DNA from: Oscillospiraceae bacterium
GTDB taxonomy: Bacteria > Bacillota > Clostridia > Oscillospirales > Ruminococcaceae
Reading direction: 5' to 3'
DNA: 64,000 nucleotides
Assembly: GCA_017466865.1 (NCBI GenBank)
Contig: JAFTTI010000014.1
Location: forward strand, 140,866-204,865
Under the pieces are notes generated by a model. The model worked only from the letters and a program-made list of their open reading frames with translations, was not told the origin of the DNA and did not search any database. Below are positions 55,748 through 64,000 of the stretch, in pieces (position 1 is the stretch's first letter; every line of letters begins with the position of its first letter). Position numbers and translations under genes: made by a program.

Positions 55748-55794
55748 AAAAAAATCGAAAAATTTTAAAGGGAGTGCCACAAAAAGCACTCCCT
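55748..55794 (-). terminator. intrinsic terminator after ppa
   Basis: Hairpin AGGGAGTGC-loop-GCACTCCCT followed by a T-run on the minus strand. Confidence 0.75.
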
Positions 55795-55802
55795 CTGGCA
55801 AA

Positions 55803-56342
55803 TTATCCTCTTGCACGGCAGAACTTTCCGATATATCTGTCGATAGAGTCATCAACGATAGAAACAGCCTTTTCTCTTCCGAGAATTTCGTCGATAGCGG
55901 TTTCTTTTCCTTCAAGTGTCTTATAAACCTTGAAGAAATGCGACATTTCGTCAAAGATGTGAGTAGGAAGTTCGCTGATATCCTTATAACTGTTATATGT
56001 CGGGTCTTCAAAGGGGATAGCGATTACCTTATAGTCGGGATCGCCGTTATCAAGCATACAGATAACTCCTATCGGATAGCATCTTACGAGTGACATTGGC
56101 GCTATGATTTCAGAACAGAGAACGAGAACATCGAGAGGGTCACCGTCTTCTGCAAAACTTCTCGGAACAAATCCGTAGTTAGCAGGGTAGTGTGTCGATG
56201 TATAAAGTATTCTGTCGAGTTTTAAAACGCCTGTTTCCTTATCGAGTTCGTATTTTATTTTGCTGCCCTTTGAGATTTCGATTACCGCATAGAAATCGTC
56301 TTTCATTATGCGGTCGGGTGATATGTCGTGCCAGATGTTCAT
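55803..56342 (-). CDS. ppa: inorganic pyrophosphatase, family I
   Basis: MNIWHDISP..., EISKGSKIKYELDK, YPANYGFVP and DGDPLDVLVL are canonical family I PPase motifs. The start was re-picked at ATG 56342 behind AAAGGAG. Confidence 0.93.
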   Translation of the reverse strand: MNIWHDISPDRIMKDDFYAVIEISKGSKIKYELDKETGVLKLDRILYTSTHYPANYGFVPRSFAEDGDPLDVLVLCSEIIAPMSLVRCYPIGVICMLDNGDPDYKVIAIPFEDPTYNSYKDISELPTHIFDEMSHFFKVYKTLEGKETAIDEILGREKAVSIVDDSIDRYIGKFCRARG

Positions 56343-56358
56343 TTTTTCATTCTCCTTT

Positions 56359-57807
56359 TTAATTGTCAAAATATTTATCAAGCATACTGTGCTTTATATC
56401 ATAGAGTTTCTGCGAAAGGTCGACATAATATTCGTGGGGATTTTCAAATCGCTTCACTTCATCCCAGATGGTTTCGAGCTGTGTTTCGCAGTATTTTTTC
56501 AGTTCGTCGGCTGTGTAATCGGGATAGATACATTCGCCGTTTCTGAAAATCTGTTCCTGTAATTTTTTCGCTGTGAAATTCTTTACAGTCTTTTTCTTGA
56601 ATGTCTGAATCGGGTCGAAAATCACATAGGGTTTGCTGTCGTCGATTATTTCATCAGCGAGTGTGATAACATCGGCTATTGCCTTTCCCGTCTCGTTGTC
56701 GAAAAGTCGCCATACAGCCTTGTGTGCGGGATTTGTGATTTTTCCGACATTTTCAGAAATCTTTATTCTCGGAATAAGTTCGCCGTTTTCTTCGATAGCG
56801 GAAAGTTTATATACACCGCCGAAAACAGGTTCTGATTTTGATGTTACAAGTCGTTCGCCGACACCGAAAGTATCAATCTTAGCACCTTGTATCAGAAGAT
56901 CTCTTATGATATATTCATCGAGTGAGTTTGAAGCAACGATTTTTACATCGTCAAGACCTGCATCATCAAGCATTTTTCTTGCTTTTTTCGAGAGATATGT
57001 TATATCTCCGCTGTCAATTCTTATTCCGCCGCCCTTATAACCTTTTTCACGAAGTTCCTTGAAAACTGTTATAGCGTTCGGAACGCCTGATTTCACAACA
57101 TTGTATGTGTCAACGAGGAAAGTTGAACTATCGGGATAAACCTTTGCATAAGCCCTGAAAGCGTCAAGCTCTGTCGGGAACATCTGAACCCAACTGTGCG
57201 CCATTGTTCCCATAGCAGAAACGCCCATATCCTTGTCAGCGATAGCACACGCTGTTCCTGCACATCCGCCGATATATGCCGCTCTTGCACCATATATCGC
57301 ACCGTCATACCCTTGTGCTCTTCTTGAACCGAATTCCATAACGGGTCTGCCGTCTGCCGCTCTGACAATTCTGTTTGCTTTTGTTGCAATAAGACTCTGG
57401 TGATTTATTGATAAAAGTACCATTGTTTCAATAAACTGAGCCTGAATAACGGGGCCTTTAACTGTAACAATAGGTTCGCCGGGGAAGATAGGCGTTCCTT
57501 CGGGAACAGCCCATACATCGCAGGAGAATTTAAAAGTTTTAAGATACTCTAAAAATTCTTCACAGAAGAGATTTTTGCTTCTTAAAAATTCTATATCGTC
57601 ATCATCAAAATGAATGTTTTTAAGGTATTCAATCATCTGACCGACGCCTGCCATTATGGCAAATCCGCCCTTATCGGGAACGCTTCTGAAAAACATATCA
57701 AAACAAGCGGTTTTATCGGCAATTCCGTTTTCGAAAAAACCATTTGCCATAGTAATTTCATAAAAGTCAACAAGCATTGTAAGGTTGCGTGAATTCATAT
57801 TTATCAC
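56359..57807 (-). CDS. pncB: nicotinate phosphoribosyltransferase
   Basis: 482 aa with LTMLVDFYEITMANGFF, GSRRAQG and MGTMAHSWVQ motifs. Confidence 0.9.
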   Translation of the reverse strand: MINMNSRNLTMLVDFYEITMANGFFENGIADKTACFDMFFRSVPDKGGFAIMAGVGQMIEYLKNIHFDDDDIEFLRSKNLFCEEFLEYLKTFKFSCDVWAVPEGTPIFPGEPIVTVKGPVIQAQFIETMVLLSINHQSLIATKANRIVRAADGRPVMEFGSRRAQGYDGAIYGARAAYIGGCAGTACAIADKDMGVSAMGTMAHSWVQMFPTELDAFRAYAKVYPDSSTFLVDTYNVVKSGVPNAITVFKELREKGYKGGGIRIDSGDITYLSKKARKMLDDAGLDDVKIVASNSLDEYIIRDLLIQGAKIDTFGVGERLVTSKSEPVFGGVYKLSAIEENGELIPRIKISENVGKITNPAHKAVWRLFDNETGKAIADVITLADEIIDDSKPYVIFDPIQTFKKKTVKNFTAKKLQEQIFRNGECIYPDYTADELKKYCETQLETIWDEVKRFENPHEYYVDLSQKLYDIKHSMLDKYFDN

Positions 57808-58493
57808 TCCGCAGTATTTATTTTTCCGACAATTTCGATGCCGCTGTTCTTCATTATTTTAAGCGACATTAAATTCATAAGATTTTTGTTGTGCATAGGT
57901 GCGCCGTATGTGTCAACGCAGTCTATGGGGACTACAACCCTTACTCTTTTTCCCTTTGCGTTTGCGTTTACTTTCAGAGCGAGTGCGAACTGAAGAACGC
58001 AGATGTCTGTGCAGTCGCCGACAACGATGAAAGTATCTGTTTTTCCGTCATCGGATGTAAGAGATTTTATTTCATCCTCAAAAAATGCGTTTGTTGATTT
58101 TTTGGGTAAGCATTTATATTTTTCATAAGCCTTAAGCCAGCTGAGTTCTTCTACAACGTCGGCTTCTTCTGTACCTTCTAAACAATGTGGAGGGAAACTT
58201 TCAAATTCAGGGGAATTTTCATCGTGATTGTCATAGAAAGAAATTATTTCCATTCCGTTTTCAGATGCTGCTTTTGAAAGCAGATTGATCTCGGGTATTA
58301 TCGCTGAAATACTTTTGTCCGAAAGAGGACCGCACTTTATAAATCCGTTTATCACATCGACAATACAGAGTTTTGTTTTCTTACTGTCAAGTGATGAAAG
58401 ATCTATAATGGGTGATGATGAAATGTCATCGTAAATGAGTGATAAATCTTCGCTGCATTCCGCTATAAAATTTTTCTTTTCTTCAAAAATCAT
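57804..58493 (-). CDS. pncA: isochorismatase-family hydrolase, probable nicotinamidase
   Basis: It has a cysteine hydrolase signature (IVDVINGF Asp, VVGDCTDICVLQ Cys). It overlaps pncB by 4 nt. The start was re-picked at ATG 58493 behind AAGGGG. Confidence 0.65.
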   Translation of the reverse strand: MIFEEKKNFIAECSEDLSLIYDDISSSPIIDLSSLDSKKTKLCIVDVINGFIKCGPLSDKSISAIIPEINLLSKAASENGMEIISFYDNHDENSPEFESFPPHCLEGTEEADVVEELSWLKAYEKYKCLPKKSTNAFFEDEIKSLTSDDGKTDTFIVVGDCTDICVLQFALALKVNANAKGKRVRVVVPIDCVDTYGAPMHNKNLMNLMSLKIMKNSGIEIVGKINTAE

Positions 58494-58781
58494 AACAACA
58501 CCCCTTGTCTTTGTTTTTACCATTATACCACATAAAAGTAGACCTTTCAAGTATATTATCAAGCCCGAAAAAATAGGCTTTTGGCAAAAAAATGTATCAC
58601 CCGTTGTGCAAGTTCGACAAAAAATTCACAAATTAACTGTAATATATTTTTGTAGCATTTTTTTATGTATTGTGTTATAATTATTTTTGTATAAATGATG
58701 GGGTAACTATGCCCTGTCAAAATCTCTCAGGTTGAGGTATGATACATAACTCAATCAAAACATTTTCAAGGAGGTTCTACA

Positions 58782-59276
58782 ATGGGTTCTAAGAAAAAGG
58801 CTGCTCCTTTCAATGGAACACCCGAACAGGAAAAGCAGCTCAAGGAAGTAATTGCTTCGTTAAAGGACGAACAGGGTTGCCTCATGCCTATCATGCAGAA
58901 GGCACAGGACATCTACGGTTATCTCCCTATCGAAGTACAGACAATGATTGCAGAGGGAACAGGTATTCCTCTCGAAAAAATTTACGGCGTTGCAACATTC
59001 TACGCACAGTTCTCACTTTACCCCAAGGGTAAGTATAGAATTTCTGTATGTTTAGGAACAGCATGCTACGTTAAGGGCGCCGGCGATCTCTATGAAAAGC
59101 TCATAGAAAAGCTCGGTATCCAGGGCGGCGAATGCACAGCAGACGGTAAATTCTCACTTGAAGCTTGCCGTTGCATCGGTGCTTGCGGTCTCGCACCCGT
59201 TCTTACTGTAAACGAAGATGTTTACGGAAGACTCACACCCGATATGCTTGATGACATTCTCGCAAAATACAACTAG
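58782..59276 (+). CDS. hydC: NuoE-like [2Fe-2S] subunit of a trimeric [FeFe] hydrogenase
   Basis: Thioredoxin-like 2Fe-2S motif C-x4-C ... C-x3-C (SVCLGTAC ... CRCIGACGLAP). AAGGAGG RBS. Confidence 0.88.
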   Translation: MGSKKKAAPFNGTPEQEKQLKEVIASLKDEQGCLMPIMQKAQDIYGYLPIEVQTMIAEGTGIPLEKIYGVATFYAQFSLYPKGKYRISVCLGTACYVKGAGDLYEKLIEKLGIQGGECTADGKFSLEACRCIGACGLAPVLTVNEDVYGRLTPDMLDDILAKYN

Positions 59277-59309
59277 TATATTGCTACAAACAGACAGGAG
59301 GATTAAGAT

Positions 59310-61205
59310 ATGAAAACTCTTGAAGAACTCAACGTTGTCAAAGCCAAGATGGAGGGCGAAGTTGCTCTCAGAACTCATGGCAACGCATCTTCAAAATATG
59401 AAAGACATGTACTCGTTTGCGGCGGTACAGGTTGTACTTCTTCAGGCTCAATGAAGATTATTGACGCTCTTGAAAGGGAAATTTCCGCAAATGGTCTTAC
59501 AGAAAAAGTTCAGATCGTTAAAACAGGTTGTTTCGGACTTTGTGCGTTAGGCCCCATTATGATTGTTTACCCCGAAGGCACATTCTATTCAATGGTTACA
59601 GAAGACAGAATTGCCCGTATCGTTAAGGAACATTTCGTTGAAGGTAATCCTGTTAAGGAATACCTCTACAACGAAACAGTTGACGGCGATGAAATAAAGG
59701 CTCTCGATGACACAGCATTCTACAAGAAGCAGCATCGTGTTGCCCTCAGAAACTGTGGTGTTATCAACCCTGAATGTATCGATGAATACATCGGCAGAGG
59801 CGGTTATGAAGCACTCGGCAAGGCACTCAAGGAAATGTCACAGGATGAAGTTATCCAGACAATCCTCGATTCAGGTCTCCGTGGACGCGGAGGCGGCGGA
59901 TTCCCTACAGGTATGAAGTGGAAACTCGCTAAGAACATCGTTAAGGAAGGCCAGAAGTATGTTGCTTGTAACGCCGACGAAGGCGACCCCGGCGCATTTA
60001 TGGACCGTTCAGTTCTCGAAGGTGACCCCCATGTTGTTCTCGAAGCAATGGCTATCGCTGGTTATGCAATCGGCGCTGATCAGGGTTACATCTATGTTCG
60101 TGCTGAATATCCTATCGCTGTAGAACGTCTTGAAATCGCTATCAAGCAGGCTCGTGAAAAGGGTCTTCTCGGTAAAAATATTTTCGGAACAGACTTCTCA
60201 TTCGATATCGGTCTCCGTCTCGGTGCCGGTGCGTTCGTATGTGGTGAAGAAACTGCTCTTATGACATCAATCGAAGGTAACAGAGGCGAACCTCGTCCTC
60301 GTCCTCCTTTCCCTGCTGAAAAAGGTCTCTTCGGCAAGCCCACACTCCTCAACAACGTTGAAACATACGCTAACATTCCTCAGATCATCCTCAATGGTGC
60401 TGACTGGTTCACATCAATGGGTACAGAAAAGTCAAGAGGAACAAAGGTATTCGCTGTTGGTGGTAAGATCAACAACACAGGTCTTGTTGAAATTCCTATG
60501 GGTACAACACTCAGAACTGTTATCGAAGAAATCGGTGGCGGTATTCCTAACGGAAAGAAATTCAAGGCAGCTCAGACAGGTGGTCCTTCAGGCGGATGTA
60601 TCCCCGCAGAACACCTCGATATTCCTATCGACTACGATAACCTCATTTCTATCGGTTCAATGATGGGTTCGGGCGGACTTATCGTTATGGACGAAGACAA
60701 CTGTATGGTTGACATCGCTAAGTTCTTCCTCGAATTCACAGTTGATGAATCATGCGGTAAATGTACACCTTGTCGTGTTGGTACAAGAAGACTTCTTGAA
60801 ATCCTCGACAAGATCACAAAGGGACAGGGCACACTCGAAGACATCGACAAACTCGAAGAACTCTGCTACTACATCAAGGCAAACGCACTCTGCGGACTTG
60901 GTCAGACAGCTCCTAACCCCGTTCTCTCAACACTCAAATACTTCAGACACGAATATATCGCACACGTTGTTGACAAGAAGTGTGAAGCAGGCGTATGCCG
61001 TGATCTTCTCAGCTATGAAATTGTCAAGGACAACTGTATCGGTTGTGGCGTTTGTGCTAAGCAGTGTCCTGCTAACGCAATCACAAGAACAGACTATATC
61101 GCTCCCGGCAAGAAACTCGCTGCTATGGAAATCGATAAGGAAAAATGCGTTAAGTGTGGCGCTTGTGTCGGCGTATGTAAGCCCGGCGCAATCATCAAGA
61201 AGTAG
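59310..61205 (+). CDS. hydB: NuoF-like FMN/NAD(P)H-binding iron-sulfur subunit of a trimeric [FeFe] hydrogenase
   Basis: It has an N-terminal 2Fe-2S domain, the FMN/NADH motif GRGGGGFPTGMKW, the ESCGKCTPCR N3 cluster and two C-terminal 4Fe-4S ferredoxin motifs (CIGCGVCAKQCP, CVKCGACVGVCKP). Confidence 0.9.
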   Translation: MKTLEELNVVKAKMEGEVALRTHGNASSKYERHVLVCGGTGCTSSGSMKIIDALEREISANGLTEKVQIVKTGCFGLCALGPIMIVYPEGTFYSMVTEDRIARIVKEHFVEGNPVKEYLYNETVDGDEIKALDDTAFYKKQHRVALRNCGVINPECIDEYIGRGGYEALGKALKEMSQDEVIQTILDSGLRGRGGGGFPTGMKWKLAKNIVKEGQKYVACNADEGDPGAFMDRSVLEGDPHVVLEAMAIAGYAIGADQGYIYVRAEYPIAVERLEIAIKQAREKGLLGKNIFGTDFSFDIGLRLGAGAFVCGEETALMTSIEGNRGEPRPRPPFPAEKGLFGKPTLLNNVETYANIPQIILNGADWFTSMGTEKSRGTKVFAVGGKINNTGLVEIPMGTTLRTVIEEIGGGIPNGKKFKAAQTGGPSGGCIPAEHLDIPIDYDNLISIGSMMGSGGLIVMDEDNCMVDIAKFFLEFTVDESCGKCTPCRVGTRRLLEILDKITKGQGTLEDIDKLEELCYYIKANALCGLGQTAPNPVLSTLKYFRHEYIAHVVDKKCEAGVCRDLLSYEIVKDNCIGCGVCAKQCPANAITRTDYIAPGKKLAAMEIDKEKCVKCGACVGVCKPGAIIKK

Positions 61206-61219
61206 GAGGATAGAAGCTA

Positions 61220-62995
61220 ATGGAAAATATAAATGTAATTATCAATGGCGTAGAAGTTTCTGTGCCTAAGGGCTCGACTATTCTCGAAGCTGCAAGAATT
61301 GCAAACATCGACATCCCCACACTCTGCTTCCTCAAGGACATCAACGCAATCGGCGCTTGCCGTATCTGTGTTGTTGAAGCACAGGAAAAGAGAGGCGATG
61401 CTTTAGGTCCTAAGAGAATAGTAGCATCATGTGTATACCCTGTAACTGAAGGTATGGTTATCACAACTAATTCACCCGCAGTTATCGATTCAAGAAAGAA
61501 GACACTTCAGCTCATTCTTTCAACACACGAAAAGAAATGTCTTTCATGCGTAAGAGCAGACAACTGTGAACTTCAGAAACTCTGCTATGATCTCGGCATT
61601 GAAGATGAAGATTACTATGCAGGTGACAAGCCTGTTTACGATCTCGACACATCAGCTGCTCATATGGTAAGAGATAACAACAAGTGTATCCTCTGCCGTC
61701 GTTGCGTTGCTGTATGTGAAGCAAACCAGGGCGTTGGCGTTATCGGTGCTAACGAAAGAGGTTTTGCAACAAATGTTTCAAGCGCATTTGAAATGGGTCT
61801 TGGTGAAACATCTTGTATCTCATGTGGTCAGTGTATCGTAAACTGCCCTGTTGGTGCTATCTATGAAAAGGATAACACAACAGCTGTTATCGAAGCTATC
61901 GCTGATCCCGACAAGTATGTTATCGTTCAGACAGCTCCCGCTGTAAGAGCTGCTCTCGGTGAAGATTTCGGTATGCCTATCGGAACAAATGTAGAAGGCA
62001 AAATGGTTGCCGCTCTCCGTAAGCTCGGCTTCAACAATGTATTTGATACAGATTTCGCTGCTGACCTTACAATCATGGAAGAAGCAACAGAATTCCTCGG
62101 AAGAGTACAGAATGGCGGAAAACTCCCCATGATTACATCTTGCTCACCCGGATGGATCAAGTACTGCGAACACTACTTCCCCGAAATGACAGAAAACCTT
62201 TCATCATGCAAGTCACCTATGCAGATGTTCGGTGCTGTTGCTAAGACATACTACGCTGAAAAAATTGGCGTTGATCCTAAGAACATCGTTGTTGTAGCAG
62301 TTATGCCCTGTACAGCAAAGAAGTTTGAAATCGGCAGAGATGATATGGCTGCTGCTGGTGTTCCCGATGTTGACATCTCAATCACAACAAGAGAACTCGC
62401 TAGAATGATCAAGCGCGCTGGTATCAAGTTCACAGAACTCGCTGATGAAAAGTTCGATGAACCTCTCGGAATTTCAACAGGTGCTGCTGTTATCTTCGGT
62501 GCATCAGGCGGTGTTATGGAAGCTGCTCTCCGTACAGCAGTATGGAAGCTCACAGGCGAAAATGCTGACGCTCCTATCGAATTTACAGAAGTTCGTGGTA
62601 TGGAAGGCATCAAGGAAGCTTCATACACAGTAAACGGAATGGAAATCAAGCTCGCTGTTGTTTCAGGCACAGCAAACGCTGAAAAGCTTCTTAACAAGGT
62701 TAAGGCAGGCGAAGCAGATTACCACTTCATCGAAGTTATGGGATGCCCCGGCGGTTGTGTAAACGGCGGCGGTCAGCCTCATCAGCCCGCATCAGTTCGT
62801 AACTTCACAGATGTAAGAGCTAAGAGAGCAGAAGCACTCTACGCTATCGATGCTGCTAACTCTATCAGAAGATCACACGAAAACCCTGCTATCAAGTCTA
62901 TCTACGATGAATTCTTCGGCGAACCCAACAGCCATAAGGCTCATGAAGTTCTCCATACAACATACGTAAAGCGTGGACTTTATAACAACAAGTAA
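61220..62995 (+). CDS. hydA: [FeFe] hydrogenase catalytic subunit (M3-type: 2Fe-2S + His-ligated 4Fe-4S + 2x4Fe-4S + H-domain)
   Basis: H-cluster motifs are TSCSPGW (P1 variant), MPCTAKKFE (P2) and EVMGCPGGCVNGGGQP (P3). F-cluster motifs are CILCRRCVAVC and CISCGQCIVNCP. Confidence 0.9.
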   Translation: MENINVIINGVEVSVPKGSTILEAARIANIDIPTLCFLKDINAIGACRICVVEAQEKRGDALGPKRIVASCVYPVTEGMVITTNSPAVIDSRKKTLQLILSTHEKKCLSCVRADNCELQKLCYDLGIEDEDYYAGDKPVYDLDTSAAHMVRDNNKCILCRRCVAVCEANQGVGVIGANERGFATNVSSAFEMGLGETSCISCGQCIVNCPVGAIYEKDNTTAVIEAIADPDKYVIVQTAPAVRAALGEDFGMPIGTNVEGKMVAALRKLGFNNVFDTDFAADLTIMEEATEFLGRVQNGGKLPMITSCSPGWIKYCEHYFPEMTENLSSCKSPMQMFGAVAKTYYAEKIGVDPKNIVVVAVMPCTAKKFEIGRDDMAAAGVPDVDISITTRELARMIKRAGIKFTELADEKFDEPLGISTGAAVIFGASGGVMEAALRTAVWKLTGENADAPIEFTEVRGMEGIKEASYTVNGMEIKLAVVSGTANAEKLLNKVKAGEADYHFIEVMGCPGGCVNGGGQPHQPASVRNFTDVRAKRAEALYAIDAANSIRRSHENPAIKSIYDEFFGEPNSHKAHEVLHTTYVKRGLYNNK

Positions 62996-63006
62996 TTAAC
63001 CTTTAA

Positions 63007-63044
63007 ATATTCCGCACTCGTCTTTCGGGTGCGGATATTTTTTT
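63007..63044 (+). terminator. intrinsic terminator after hydA
   Basis: Hairpin TCCGCAC-loop-GTGCGGA followed by TATTTTTTT. Confidence 0.8.
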
Positions 63045-63110
63045 GCCCCTTTATTTTTTTCTTTATATATAGTATAATAGTATAGATAATTATTTTGGAG
63101 AGAGTAGAAA

Positions 63111-64000
63111 ATGATAGCATCACTTGATAAAATAAACAAATTTTATAACGGAACGCAGGTTCTCGATAATATTTCGCTTACTATCGAAGATAACGACAGA
63201 ATAGGTCTTATCGGGCGAAACGGTTGCGGAAAATCGACTCTTCTTAAAATCCTCACAGGAAAAGAACTGCCTGACCATATCATGGAGGGCGATGGTTCGG
63301 TTTTTGTTTCAAAAGCAACTTCGATAGGCTATCTTGAACAGAACAGCGGTCTTGATAAGAATAATACTATTATAGAAGAAATGAAAACCGCTTTTTCTGA
63401 ACTTCTTTCAGCAGAGGAAAGAATGCGTTTTCTCGAAAATGAAATGCATAAGACCGAAGATAAGTCAATAGCAGAAGAATATACTCGTCTTTCACATTGG
63501 TTTGAAGCGAACGAAGGTTATCTCATTGATGTAAAGATAAAAACGGTTTTAGGTGGAATGGGTTTTCCTTCTGACAGATATGAAAGCGTTATTTCAGAAC
63601 TTTCGGGAGGGGAAAGGACAAGACTTGCGATAGCAAAACTTCTTCTTGAAAATCCTAAACTTCTTATTCTCGACGAACCTACAAACCATCTTGACTTTAA
63701 AACAGTTATGTGGCTTGAGGATTATCTTTCGGGATATAAGGGCGCACTTTTAATAGTATCCCACGACAGATACTTTTTAGATAAACTCTGCACATCCGTT
63801 GCCGAAATTGAAAGAGGACGTATACGCAGATATAAAGGAAACTATACCTCATTTATGAAACAGAAGGAAGAGGCAATAGCAAGACAGCAGAAAGAATATG
63901 ACGCACAACAGGCTGAAATAAAGCGTCTTACAGAATTTGTTGACAGCCATATTGTAAGGGCGACATCAGCGTCTGCTGCGAAAAATAAACGCCATGCAAT
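63111..64000 (+). CDS. ABC-F family ATPase (5' partial, runs off the window)
   Basis: This ORF is open to the window end and is not in the ORF track. It starts at ATG 63111 and has Walker A GRNGCGKST, signature LSGGERTRLAIAKLL and Walker B LILDEPTNHLD, followed by the inter-domain linker typical of ABC-F proteins. Confidence 0.85.
   Translation, partial: MIASLDKINKFYNGTQVLDNISLTIEDNDRIGLIGRNGCGKSTLLKILTGKELPDHIMEGDGSVFVSKATSIGYLEQNSGLDKNNTIIEEMKTAFSELLSAEERMRFLENEMHKTEDKSIAEEYTRLSHWFEANEGYLIDVKIKTVLGGMGFPSDRYESVISELSGGERTRLAIAKLLLENPKLLILDEPTNHLDFKTVMWLEDYLSGYKGALLIVSHDRYFLDKLCTSVAEIERGRIRRYKGNYTSFMKQKEEAIARQQKEYDAQQAEIKRLTEFVDSHIVRATSASAAKNKRHA

Noticed and set aside
58604-58620. Rex-like site TTGTGCAAGTTCGACAA between pncA and the hydrogenase operon
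   Set aside because: It is 17 nt rather than 18 nt, and the right half (TCGACAA) deviates from TTCACAA. The half-site spacing is wrong. It is too weak to call without a genome-specific Rex matrix.

Overview
This is a 64-kb chromosomal window from a low-GC, spore-forming, strictly anaerobic Firmicute. It is class Clostridia, and the gene content and protein style suggest Oscillospiraceae/Ruminococcaceae, which is an inference only. It holds about 60 densely packed CDS, one tRNA, no rRNA and no CRISPR. Housekeeping and metabolic genes: thrS behind a Thr T-box, pyruvate:ferredoxin oxidoreductase, dipicolinate synthase dpaAB, an amino-acid ABC importer, glgB, glgX, pheA, glnA, a ZIP metal transporter, an ABC exporter, a pncA-pncB-ppa NAD-salvage operon, a trimeric HydABC-type [FeFe] hydrogenase, and a truncated ABC-F ATPase at the right edge. 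Accessory and unusual content: (1) four tandem paralogous small membrane proteins sit between the Thr T-box and thrS. (2) Four tandem, catalytically intact transglutaminase-like lipoproteins are present, one carrying a double zinc ribbon after its lipobox. (3) A sigma-less partner-switching operon (sensor PP2C phosphatase, STAS antagonist, GHKL kinase) has a complete glgX embedded in it. (4) A radical-SAM/DUF4130 DNA-metabolism gene pair lies behind a promoter with two perfect LexA boxes. (5) A ~7.6-kb integrative mobilizable element sits in the 3' end of the initiator tRNA-Met gene. It has a 45-bp direct repeat and carries an integrase, MobC, a relaxase, a Rep-like gene and unknown cargo. (6) Two adjacent secreted surface proteins share a short C-terminal DFAAGE motif. 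My best candidates for a previously undescribed system are the glgX-containing partner-switching operon and the T-box-controlled membrane-protein array; neither is proven. CDS coordinates follow the supplied ORF track, with some starts re-picked from RBS spacing. Small sites were hand-counted and may be off by 1-2 nt. All homology calls come from motif recognition by eye; no searches were run.
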